Assembly: GCA_037134895.1 (NCBI GenBank)
Contig: JBAXLI010000013.1
Span: forward strand, 8,668-72,667
Origin: Bacteroidota bacterium
Lineage (GTDB): Bacteria > Bacteroidota > Bacteroidia > Bacteroidales > FEN-979
Reading direction: 5' to 3'
Length of the DNA stretch: 64,000 nt
Both the position numbers and the translations under genes were made by a program. How positions within the stretch are numbered: the first letter of the stretch is position 1; each line of letters begins with the position of its first letter. The notes beneath the pieces are model-generated. The model made no database searches. It was not told where the DNA came from and was given only the letters and a program-made list of their open reading frames with translations. Positions 9,557 through 18,066 of the stretch are shown here, piece by piece.

Positions 9557-10198
9557 ATGAAAAAATTATTCTTATTATCCATTGCAGGCTTTGTTTGTTT
9601 ATCAACCTATGCACAGTTAGACAAAACCAAGTTAAGCCTGGAAGTATCAAAAACCAATGATCATAATATTAAACTTCTTTCTTCTTACACCTGGAAAAGA
9701 ACAATTGAAGGGTTCTCTGAAGGGAACCAGGTTGTTTCAATCCTCAGCTCCGTAACAATGGGGCCTGACGGGAAACCTGTAAACCAGATCATCGAGAAAT
9801 CAGGAGCAGGCCAGAAAAAACCATCAAAAAAACAGGCGGAAGCTGCTGAATACATTAAAAATGCTGTAGAACTTATTGGAAAATATGTTTTTATGTCAAC
9901 AGGCCAGATGGTTGACTTGTTCAACAAAGGGACCTTATCGTTGCTGAATGATAATCTGAATGCCGAAGCATTCAATTTTATCACTAAGGGTGACCATTTA
10001 AAATATTCTTTTGATAAAACTTCATTACAATACAAAGGCCAGGAGATTTCTACTATGCTCAACGGTGAGCCTGTTAAAGCAACGGTTACATTTAAGTTTG
10101 TGGATGATGTGAACACGGTGGACAAGGTTGTACTTGACCTCCCTGCAAAGAAAATCAAGGTCAACATGACCAACACGGATTTTGCAAAGAAGCTCTGA
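9557..10198 (+). CDS. Secreted hypothetical protein, tandem paralog 2
   Basis: Signal peptide. Clear paralog of 8863-9528 (QLDKTKLSLEVSK vs QVDKTQMSLDVSK; KYVFMSTGQMVDLFNKGTLS vs KYIFLSQGQMVDLFNKGTLS). Confidence 0.6.
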   Translation: MKKLFLLSIAGFVCLSTYAQLDKTKLSLEVSKTNDHNIKLLSSYTWKRTIEGFSEGNQVVSILSSVTMGPDGKPVNQIIEKSGAGQKKPSKKQAEAAEYIKNAVELIGKYVFMSTGQMVDLFNKGTLSLLNDNLNAEAFNFITKGDHLKYSFDKTSLQYKGQEISTMLNGEPVKATVTFKFVDDVNTVDKVVLDLPAKKIKVNMTNTDFAKKL

Positions 10199-10241
10199 TA
10201 ACAGGATAACTCTGTAAAAAATTCAGTAAACAACACATGAT

Positions 10242-12605
10242 ATGAAACATTTGTTTATACTTATTTTCATTGCCGGGCTCTTAATGTCCTGCAATCAAAA
10301 TCCGGGGGCCGGATCAACGGACTCCCAAAAGATCACTGAAAACAATCTTGACCGCACTGTTCTCCCGATCAAAGAACCTATCCGGCCCACATATAAAGAA
10401 CTTGATGCCCGGAATGCGACACCACCTCCGCGCTTTCATGTTACTGCCCCGAAAGGCGCTCCAAATGTGGTGATTATCTTAATTGACGATATGGGTTTTG
10501 GTGTATCCGAAGCTTTTGGCGGACCAATCACTACTCCAAACATGGACAAACTGGCAGATAACGGTTTAAAGTATAATTGTTTTCACACCACTTCGCTTTG
10601 CTCGCCTACAAGGGTGGCATTGCTTACCGGGTATAACCATCACAGCAACAATATGGGTTGTATCGGGGAAGCTGCTACAACCTTTCCCGGGAATACTTCG
10701 GTAAGGCCTCAGACCATTACACCAATGGCTGAAGTGCTTCGCCAGAACGGGTATAATACGGCAGCCTTCGGAAAATACCATGAAACCCCGCCCTGGGAAA
10801 TATCGAATTCGGGGCCCCAGGACCGCTGGCCGACACGTTCGGGTTTTGAGAAATTTTATGGTTTCATCGGCGGTGAAACCAACCAGTATTCCCCATTGAT
10901 CTATGACGGGGTGACACTTGTTGAAACGCCTGAAGATCCGAATTATCATTTTACCACCGATATGACCAACCAGGCAATTTCATGGGTCAGGTTCCAGCAG
11001 GCTTTATCGCCTGACAAACCATTCTTCCTGTATTATGCTCCCGGTGCTACACATGCACCTCACCATGTTCCAAAAGCCTGGGCCGAAAAATACAAGGGAA
11101 AGTTTGACCAGGGCTGGGATAAATTGCGTGAAATGACTTTGGAACGCCAGAAAAAACTGGGTATAGTTCCTCAAAACACTAAACTTGCACCAAAACCTCA
11201 AGATATCAAAGATTGGGACAAACTGTCGGCCGATGAAAAGAAATTGTTTGCCCGCCAGATGGAAGTGTATGCAGGCTTTGCCGAACAAACCGATTACGAA
11301 GCAGGGAGACTGATTTCGACTATCAAAGATCTTGGTGTTATGGATAACACCGTAATTATATTCATTGCCGGTGATAACGGGGCAAGCGCTGAAGGACAGA
11401 TGAACGGCCTGTACAATGAAATGACTTATTTCAATGCTGTGCCCGAAACCATTGAGGATATGTTAAAGCATTATGACGAATGGGGCGAACCAAGCACCTA
11501 TCCGCACTTTTCTGCAGGATGGGCTGTAGCCCTTGATGCTCCTTTCTCTTATACCAAGCAGGTCGCATCTGATTTCGGAGGTACCCGTAACGGAATGATC
11601 ATCCAATGGCCCGCCGGCATCAAGGCTAAAGGCGAGGTACGCTCGCAGTTCGCCCATGTCATCGATATTGCTCCTACCGTTTATGAAATTTCGAAAATAC
11701 CTCCTCCAAAAATGGTGAACGGTATTCAGCAGGATCCGATTGAGGGAACAAGCCTGGCATATTCATTCGATGATGCTAAAGCAGCCGGGCAACATAAAGT
11801 ACAGTATTTCGAAATGTTCGGCAACAGGGCTGTTTACCAGGATGGCTGGTTTGCCCGCACAATTCACAGGCCGGCATGGAGCCTGAAAATATCCCATCCG
11901 CTAAAGGAAGATCAGTGGGAACTTTACAATACTACTGATGATTTCAGCCTGGCTAATGATTTATCAGCGCAAAATCCTGACAAACTGAAAGACATGCAGG
12001 CATTGTTCATGAAAGAAGCTGAAAAATATCATGTTCTGCCCCTGGATGACCGCCTCCTCGAAAGAACCAATGCCGAGCTGATGGGCAGGCCGACGGTTAT
12101 GGGTAAAAGAACATCCGTCACATACGGAGAAGGTATGAAAGGGATGGGGACTGATATATTCATTGACCTGAGGAACAAATCCTACACCATTACTGCCGAA
12201 GTAACGGTCGATACCAAAGGAAACGGTGTAATAGTATGCCAGGGCGGCCGCTTTGGCGGCTTGTCATTCTATCTTAAAGACGGTAAACCTGCCTTTACTT
12301 ATAATTACCTGGGGCTGCAGTCGACACGGATAATGTCTTCTGAGGCTCTTAAACCTGGAAATTATCTGCTGGTTTATGACTTTAAATATGATGGCGGCGG
12401 CCCTGGCAAGGGAGGCCTTGGAATACTTACCGTAAATACTAAAAAGGTTGCGGAAGTCCGGATTGAAAAAACCCAGCCTGGTATTTTCTCTGTTGACGAC
12501 CTGGCCGACATCGGAATGGATGAAGGTACCCCTGTTGCCGATTACGGAAAATCCTCGAAGTTCAATGGCAAGATTGCAAGAGTGACCATTGAGCAAAAGA
12601 AATAA
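10242..12605 (+). CDS. Arylsulfatase (type I, Cys-type formylglycine sulfatase), lipoprotein
   Basis: Lipobox LLMSC. Sulfatase signature SLCSPTRVALLTGYNHH (C-x-P-x-R), IILIDDMGFG metal site and GKYH motif. 787 aa. Confidence 0.85.
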   Translation: MKHLFILIFIAGLLMSCNQNPGAGSTDSQKITENNLDRTVLPIKEPIRPTYKELDARNATPPPRFHVTAPKGAPNVVIILIDDMGFGVSEAFGGPITTPNMDKLADNGLKYNCFHTTSLCSPTRVALLTGYNHHSNNMGCIGEAATTFPGNTSVRPQTITPMAEVLRQNGYNTAAFGKYHETPPWEISNSGPQDRWPTRSGFEKFYGFIGGETNQYSPLIYDGVTLVETPEDPNYHFTTDMTNQAISWVRFQQALSPDKPFFLYYAPGATHAPHHVPKAWAEKYKGKFDQGWDKLREMTLERQKKLGIVPQNTKLAPKPQDIKDWDKLSADEKKLFARQMEVYAGFAEQTDYEAGRLISTIKDLGVMDNTVIIFIAGDNGASAEGQMNGLYNEMTYFNAVPETIEDMLKHYDEWGEPSTYPHFSAGWAVALDAPFSYTKQVASDFGGTRNGMIIQWPAGIKAKGEVRSQFAHVIDIAPTVYEISKIPPPKMVNGIQQDPIEGTSLAYSFDDAKAAGQHKVQYFEMFGNRAVYQDGWFARTIHRPAWSLKISHPLKEDQWELYNTTDDFSLANDLSAQNPDKLKDMQALFMKEAEKYHVLPLDDRLLERTNAELMGRPTVMGKRTSVTYGEGMKGMGTDIFIDLRNKSYTITAEVTVDTKGNGVIVCQGGRFGGLSFYLKDGKPAFTYNYLGLQSTRIMSSEALKPGNYLLVYDFKYDGGGPGKGGLGILTVNTKKVAEVRIEKTQPGIFSVDDLADIGMDEGTPVADYGKSSKFNGKIARVTIEQKK

Positions 12606-12613
12606 ATTTGGCA

Positions 12614-12652
12614 GTAATACTCAGGCTTTTCGATGCAAAGCCTGAGTATTAC
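12614..12652. terminator. Perfect 16-bp stem-loop after the sulfatase gene (putative terminator or RNA-stability hairpin)
   Basis: GTAATACTCAGGCTTT, loop TCGATGC, then AAAGCCTGAGTATTAC. No clear U-tract on either strand. Confidence 0.5.
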
Positions 12653-12670
12653 AAAGGCCAGTACTACTTT

Positions 12671-12880
12671 TTATGCTTTTTCCTTCCTGAACTTTTTAAA
12701 AACTGCAGGGTCCTTAGCCCTTCCAGGAAGATGGATTTTAATACCCAGGTCAAAACCATAAAACACAGTAGTCAGTCCGATTGGTCTGTCGTGTAACGTT
12801 TTAGTTTGGTAATTAAATCCGTATACATTAAAACCCGCAATTAGATCAATTGCACGTGAAATCGTATAACCTGCAAACAA
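12671..12880 (-). pseudogene. Possible remnant of an outer-membrane beta-barrel gene
   Basis: The 69-aa ORF has beta-strand-like composition (GFNVYGFNYQ, TVFYGFDLGIKIHL) but no signal peptide and no full barrel. Confidence 0.2.
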
Positions 12881-12951
12881 GGATGTGGTTCAGGATATTT
12901 TAGAACCTGCTCCAAACCATCACACATCTGCTCTGAGTGACAAAGCTCCTC

Positions 12952-14694
12952 TTAAGTTCCTTTCCGAAGTGTTTTATTTGCGAGTTCGGGATTAATACTT
13001 GAAACAGCTTCAAATTGAGACAGGTGAACTTTGCCTGTAAGCTCATCGAGAAAATGGGAACGCTTTAACAGATCCATCACCGGTCCCTTGACCTCTGAGA
13101 GATGAAAAGTAATTCCTCCGTCTTTGAGCCTGTGATTTATAGCTTCAAGGCTTTCGAGTGCAGAACTGTCGATTGTATTCACTGCCGGACATTCAAGTAT
13201 TATATGGCGGATGGCAGGGTTCGCTGCCACTGAATCGTTAATAAGATCTTCAAGAAAACGGGCATTCGGAAAATACAGGCTTTCGTCTACTCTCAGCGAT
13301 AGTATCTCCGGATCGGTTATCACCGTATGGCGACTAACGTTTCGAAAACTGGTGGTCCCGGGGATCTGACCAACGACTGCAACATGCGGACGGGAGGTTT
13401 TATAAAGGTGGAGTAAAATTGACAGTCCGACTCCCGCAACCAATCCAATTTCAACACCTTCAACCCAGGTCATGAGGATGGTTGCAGCCATTGCTGCAAA
13501 GTCGGTCTTTGAATAAGCAAATGTTTTCTTCAGTGCTTTCAGATCGACCAGTGAAAACACGGCAACGATAATTGTTGAGGCAAGGACTGCTTTAGGAAGA
13601 AAAAAAAGCAAGGGCGTCAGGAACAAGGTGGCAAGAGCTACACCGATCGCAGTATAGGCGCCGGCTGCCGGCGTTTGTGCTCCTGCATCAAAATTAACAA
13701 CTGAACGGGAAAGAGCGCCGGTTACCGGGAAACTTCCTGATATTGATGATCCGACGTCTGAAATTCCGAGAGCGATCATTTCCTGGTTAGGATCGACCCT
13801 TTGCCTGCGCTTGGCAGCGAGAGTCAAAGCAACCGATATAGATTCTACATAACCCACGATGCAAATCAGGAGTGATGGAACAAGAAGTTTGCTCCAGAGC
13901 ACAGGTTCCAAAGGAGGTATTGAAATCTTAGGTAATCCCTTCGGGATAAGCCCAATAATTGCGACACCCTGGCTGGAAAGACCGAAACCCCAAACGGCGA
14001 GTGTTGTAATAAGTATGGCTAATGCCGGTCCCACTTTTGACAGGATATCGGCCAGTTTCTCATTTATTCCTATTCCAAGTAAAAAAGGCTTGAGCCCCTT
14101 TCTCCCCCAGAAAAGGAAGATCAAAGCAGCGAGTCCTATCCCGGCTGTATATGGATTGATCTTAATAAGATTTGGTCCCATCGAGATCAGCAGATCCAAA
14201 AGATTCTCCCCGCTTCCACGGATGCCAAGCAGAGGTGCAAACTGACCAATACCTATCTGCACTGCAGCAGCAGTAATAAAACCTGAAATAACCGGGTGAC
14301 TGAGAAAATTAGCCAGGAAACCCAGGCGCAACACCCCCATCACGATTAGCAAGAGTCCCGTGACCATGCTTAATGCAATCACTGCTCCCAGATATTCAGG
14401 GGTTCCCTGGGTTGCCACAAGCCCTGCAGCAGCCGCTGTCATGAGGCTGGCGACTGCAACAGGACCAACGGCAAGGGCTCGGGATGTACCGAAAATCGCA
14501 TACAGAAGCAAAGGTGCCATTGAAGCATAAAGACCGACTTGTGCCGGCAGCCCAACCAGCATCGCATAAGCCAGGGACTGGGGGATCAGCATGATCGTGA
14601 CGATCACGGCAGCAATCAGATCGCTGACAAGGATCTGCCGGGAATATGAAGCCCCCCAGTCAAAAATCGGAAAATAGCGGCGAAGCAAACGCAT
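12952..14694 (-). CDS. SulP-family inorganic anion (sulfate) transporter with C-terminal STAS domain
   Basis: 580 aa. N-terminal SulP signature region (DLIAAVIVTIMLIPQSLAYAMLVGLP), multiple TM segments and a C-terminal STAS fold (ILSLRVDESLYFPNA...IDSSALESL). Confidence 0.85.
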   Translation of the reverse strand: MRLLRRYFPIFDWGASYSRQILVSDLIAAVIVTIMLIPQSLAYAMLVGLPAQVGLYASMAPLLLYAIFGTSRALAVGPVAVASLMTAAAAGLVATQGTPEYLGAVIALSMVTGLLLIVMGVLRLGFLANFLSHPVISGFITAAAVQIGIGQFAPLLGIRGSGENLLDLLISMGPNLIKINPYTAGIGLAALIFLFWGRKGLKPFLLGIGINEKLADILSKVGPALAILITTLAVWGFGLSSQGVAIIGLIPKGLPKISIPPLEPVLWSKLLVPSLLICIVGYVESISVALTLAAKRRQRVDPNQEMIALGISDVGSSISGSFPVTGALSRSVVNFDAGAQTPAAGAYTAIGVALATLFLTPLLFFLPKAVLASTIIVAVFSLVDLKALKKTFAYSKTDFAAMAATILMTWVEGVEIGLVAGVGLSILLHLYKTSRPHVAVVGQIPGTTSFRNVSRHTVITDPEILSLRVDESLYFPNARFLEDLINDSVAANPAIRHIILECPAVNTIDSSALESLEAINHRLKDGGITFHLSEVKGPVMDLLKRSHFLDELTGKVHLSQFEAVSSINPELANKTLRKGT

Positions 14695-14725
14695 AATTGA
14701 AAATCTAAATAACTAATGCTTAAGT

Positions 14726-16414
14726 TTAATCCTGGCTGCAATGTGAACGTGAAAGCATTCCGCCGGAGATATTCTTTGCTTTGAACCCCTTCTGTAAAAG
14801 GATTCTTGTGGCATAGTAAGCTCTCTGTGCCGAACGGCAGATCACGAGTATTTCACGGTCGCGTGGGAGTTCGCCGATTCGCGAACGGAGCTCTGGCAGC
14901 GGAATGTTTAAGGCTCCGGGAACTGATTCAACAGCCAATTCCTGGGGATTGCGAACATCGAGGAGGAAACCATCGCCCAAATTGTCCCAATGAGTGAGAG
15001 GCATATCACCATTAAGTACATCAACGGCAACCATCCCGGCAAAGTTGACAGGATCTTTTGCGCTTCCGTAAGGTGGTGCATAGCTCAGTTCCGATTCTTC
15101 GAGATCGTAAATTGTACAACCCATCTGAATGGCCATCGCAAATGAATCTATACGTTTGGCAACACCATCCTCCCCAAGCACCTGGGCTCCTAAAAGACGC
15201 CCATTGGATTTCCGGAAGAGTACTTTGATGATGAGCATCTTTGCCCCGGGGTAATATCCGGCATGAGAATTAGGATATAAATATATTTTTTCATAGTCGG
15301 TATCTCCGAGCTGCTTTAGTACTTTTTCGCTTACACCGGTTTGCGAGATCGTTGCATCAAAGATCTGGCAGATTGAAGTCCCCTGGGTCCCGCGATAATG
15401 TGCATTGCGACCGGCAATCACATCAGCGACTATGCGTCCCTGCCGGTTTGCAGGTCCTGCAAGAGGAATAAGCGCCCATTGTCCGGTCACAAAATCCTTT
15501 ACTTCAATAGCATCTCCAACTGCAAAAATATCAGGATCGGAAGTATGCATCTGATCATCCACGCGAATCCCACCCCTTTTACCTATCTCGAGACCGGCAG
15601 ACTTTGCCAGCGCCGTTTCAGGGCGCACACCTATTGCCATGATCACAATATCGGCCGGATGCGCTTTGCCTGATTCTGTTAAAACCTCAAGCGAACCTTT
15701 GGCCGACTTCCTGAATCCGGCAACTCCGTCGTTCAGTTCGACATGAATACCGTGCTTTGTCATATAACGCTCAACCAGTCGCGCCATCTCGCGATCCAGC
15801 GGAGGCATAACCTGGTCGAGCTTCTCTATCAGCGTCACTTCCAGGCCACGGTGGACAAGGTTTTCGGCCATCTCCAGTCCGATGAATCCTCCACCTACCA
15901 CAACTGCACGTTTTGGTTTTGATACCGTATCGATGCCGGAGTATGGGTTCGTGACCTCATTACGGTCTGAATCCCTTTCAAGCCATTCACGTATATGCCT
16001 TGCATCAGGCACAGTCCTCACCGAGAAGATACCCGGAAGATCAATACCGGGCAAGGGAGGACGGATCGGAGCTGCCCCGGGAGAAAGCACGAGTTTGTCA
16101 TATTTTTCTGTACTGACTTCACCTGTAATATGGTTTTTCAACTCTATAGTTTTCTTTTCCGGCGAAATACTGATCGCTTCACAATTCGTTCTGCAGTCTA
16201 TGGCAAACTGGTTCCGAAACAATTGTTCCGTGGCAACCAGGAGAGAAGATTCCTTTTCAATCGAACCGCCAACATGATAAGGCAATCCGCAGTTCGCATA
16301 AGAAACATAGGGTCCGCGTTCCACCATCAGGATTTCGGCCTTTTCATCCAGCCTCCGCAGCCGTGCAGCACAGGAGGCGCCACCTGCTACTCCGCCAACA
16401 ATAATTACTTTCAT
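14726..16414 (-). CDS. CoA-disulfide/persulfide reductase-like flavoprotein fused to a C-terminal rhodanese domain
   Basis: GxGxxG (IIVGGVAGGASCA), redox Cys motif SYANCGLPYHVGG, a second dinucleotide fold (VVVGGGFIGLE), and a C-terminal rhodanese loop ILVICRSAQRAYY. Confidence 0.8.
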   Translation of the reverse strand: MKVIIVGGVAGGASCAARLRRLDEKAEILMVERGPYVSYANCGLPYHVGGSIEKESSLLVATEQLFRNQFAIDCRTNCEAISISPEKKTIELKNHITGEVSTEKYDKLVLSPGAAPIRPPLPGIDLPGIFSVRTVPDARHIREWLERDSDRNEVTNPYSGIDTVSKPKRAVVVGGGFIGLEMAENLVHRGLEVTLIEKLDQVMPPLDREMARLVERYMTKHGIHVELNDGVAGFRKSAKGSLEVLTESGKAHPADIVIMAIGVRPETALAKSAGLEIGKRGGIRVDDQMHTSDPDIFAVGDAIEVKDFVTGQWALIPLAGPANRQGRIVADVIAGRNAHYRGTQGTSICQIFDATISQTGVSEKVLKQLGDTDYEKIYLYPNSHAGYYPGAKMLIIKVLFRKSNGRLLGAQVLGEDGVAKRIDSFAMAIQMGCTIYDLEESELSYAPPYGSAKDPVNFAGMVAVDVLNGDMPLTHWDNLGDGFLLDVRNPQELAVESVPGALNIPLPELRSRIGELPRDREILVICRSAQRAYYATRILLQKGFKAKNISGGMLSRSHCSQD

Positions 16415-16463
16415 CTTTATGAGAATTTATTTGTTTAATGCATTTCTTTATAACATCAGAAAA

Positions 16464-16493
16464 GGAAGCTAAACCGCTAAGGGTTCAGCTTCC
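16464..16493 (-). terminator. Stem-loop with U-tract downstream of the 155-aa gene (minus strand)
   Basis: GGAAGCT..AACC pairs with GGTT..AGCTTCC. On the minus strand the hairpin is followed by TTTTCT. It sits between the 155-aa gene and the reductase gene. Confidence 0.5.
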
Positions 16494-16512
16494 ATAATCA
16501 ACGGTAAGAGAA

Positions 16513-16980
16513 TTATTGTTTTTTCTCCAGAAATGGAATATTCTGGAGCAGTCGGGCACGAATTGCCGTTAAAATGTAATTTTCGATCTGGTAGAATTGG
16601 GTTGCAACCAAACCGTCTGATATTGCTTTTACCTTCGTATAACAAGTTACAATCAGTGCATCAGTTTTTTTCTGGAGGTCAATCACCTTCATTGTCCAGG
16701 CATCAGCCTGTGCCGCAGTCATTGTCTGGTATTGGCTGGCATACTGCTTTAACAGTTCGATCCTCTGTTTCCCCAGGTTTTTCCGTTGTGTTTCATATTG
16801 GTCATACAACTTCCAGAAAGCATCTTTTTGCGTGGCTGAAGGTTTTACAAAATCGGCTACAACTGCCTTTTTATCCATCCCGAATGCGGCCTGCATCAGG
16901 TCAATCTCTTCCTTATCCGATTGAGTATACGCAAACGATGAAAGGAATAATGCTGCAATAATAAAAATGTACTTTTTCAT
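16513..16980 (-). CDS. Periplasmic helical hypothetical protein
   Basis: Signal peptide (SSFAYTQ) and predicted all-helical composition. Two xTxxQ motifs faintly recall CpxP/Spy-type proteins; I make no firm family call. Confidence 0.45.
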   Translation of the reverse strand: MKKYIFIIAALFLSSFAYTQSDKEEIDLMQAAFGMDKKAVVADFVKPSATQKDAFWKLYDQYETQRKNLGKQRIELLKQYASQYQTMTAAQADAWTMKVIDLQKKTDALIVTCYTKVKAISDGLVATQFYQIENYILTAIRARLLQNIPFLEKKQ

Positions 16981-17016
16981 GATTAAGAGAATTTAGTTAA
17001 ACAATTGTTAGAGATT

Positions 17017-17065
17017 CAAAAATACGCGCATATCAAGTCATGAGCAATAGTTAACGATGAGTATT
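17017..17065 (-). promoter_or_regulatory. Candidate operator plus -7 box (site S1). Minus strand: AATACTCA-TCGT-TAACTATT G, then 20 nt, then TATTTTTG
   Basis: The box is at 17017-17024 (plus strand CAAAAATA) and the palindrome at 17046-17065. It lies about 37 nt upstream of the 155-aa gene start at 16980. Confidence 0.5.
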
Positions 17066-17090
17066 TTATCAAGGGCATCGAATATCACTT

Positions 17091-18053
17091 CTATCCTGCT
17101 GATCCGTCAGTCCGTCCAAAAGCCTCGTCAATCATAACCTGAAAGCGCTGAACAACTTCATTCGAAGGTGTTTTGTAATCGTCAAGTTCGTAAACTACAC
17201 CGAGCGATTCATACTTGCCAAGTCCAAAACGGTGATAGGGCAGCAGTTCATAATCAATCACATTCTTGTGCGGCTTGATAAATTCCAGTACACCCAGGAT
17301 ATGTTCATCATCGGCATTCACACCGGGAATCAAAGGCGTACGGGCAATAAAATCGATGTGAGGAAACGTTTCGTAGGCTTTTTTAAAATTGGCCAGAATA
17401 CGCTCGTTACCTACGCCTGTCCATTTTTTATGCCTTTCGGAATCCATCAATTTCAGGTCGTGAAGCATGGTATCAACATGTGGAAGTACTTTCTCGAGGA
17501 AGGACCAGGGAGCGTTACACGCTGTTTCGACGGCTGTATTGATTCCCCGGCTATGGGCTTCCTGCAGCAAAGCTGCTGCGAAGTCGGGTTGCAGCATAAC
17601 TTCACCTCCGCTTATCGTCATGCCGCCTCCGGTATTGCGATAGAAGGAAGCATCTTTTTCTACTTCTTCCATTACTTCGCCAACCGTCATTGTTTTGCCA
17701 AACATTTCGAGGGCGCCGGTGGGGCAAAGTGAGGTGATTTCTTCCGTAATGCCTTTGGCCAGCTGCCAGTTGACTTTTACCTTTGAATCGTCTCCCTCCA
17801 CAAAATAAAAAGCGCCTTCAGGAAATGGAGACTTAAGGCATATGCTGCATTCTTTTCCTTTGCACTTTTTGGGATCATAAGAAACCTCAGGCTTCATCCC
17901 TATGCTTTCAGGATTGCCGCACCATTTGCAACGCAGGGAACAACCTTTTATGAACACATTTGTGCGGATACCGGGGCCGTCGTGGCTGCAATACCGCTGG
18001 ATATTTAGTACACGGCCTGTTATATCCAATCTGTTATTTGTCTGATTTGTCAT
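17091..18053 (-). CDS. Glycyl-radical enzyme activating protein (radical SAM activase with ferredoxin-like insert)
   Basis: N-terminal GRE-activase fingerprint CSHDGPGIRTNVFIKGCSLRCKWCGNPES (CxxxCxxC). Extra Cys-rich region (KCKGKECSIC ... LCPTGAL). ATG 18053 is preceded by GGAGGG with a 7-nt spacer. The track starts earlier, at 18089. Confidence 0.9.
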   Translation of the reverse strand: MTNQTNNRLDITGRVLNIQRYCSHDGPGIRTNVFIKGCSLRCKWCGNPESIGMKPEVSYDPKKCKGKECSICLKSPFPEGAFYFVEGDDSKVKVNWQLAKGITEEITSLCPTGALEMFGKTMTVGEVMEEVEKDASFYRNTGGGMTISGGEVMLQPDFAAALLQEAHSRGINTAVETACNAPWSFLEKVLPHVDTMLHDLKLMDSERHKKWTGVGNERILANFKKAYETFPHIDFIARTPLIPGVNADDEHILGVLEFIKPHKNVIDYELLPYHRFGLGKYESLGVVYELDDYKTPSNEVVQRFQVMIDEAFGRTDGSAG

Positions 18054-18066
18054 GATTCTTCCCTCC

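Noticed and set aside
12614-12652. Hairpin containing AATACTCAGG...CCTGAGTATT, which shares the AATACTCA/TGAGTATT words with the regulon palindrome.
   Set aside because: The half-sites are 23 nt apart and part of a 16-bp perfect stem directly after the sulfatase stop codon. No -7 box lies at the right distance. It is more simply a terminator or stability hairpin, and the word sharing may be coincidental.
12671-12880. 69-aa ORF as a functional small gene.
   Set aside because: It looks like the C-terminal strands of a beta-barrel OMP, with no signal peptide or promoter. It is listed only as a low-confidence remnant.
18054-18066. Shine-Dalgarno-like sequences (GGAGGG before the activase, AGGAG at 21738-21742 before the GRE) as evidence of horizontal transfer from an SD-using phylum.
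   Set aside because: A comparable AGGAGG precedes pntB (about 55296-55301) in the housekeeping part of the window, so SD-like motifs are not unique to the GRE locus. Compositional tests that I cannot run would be needed.
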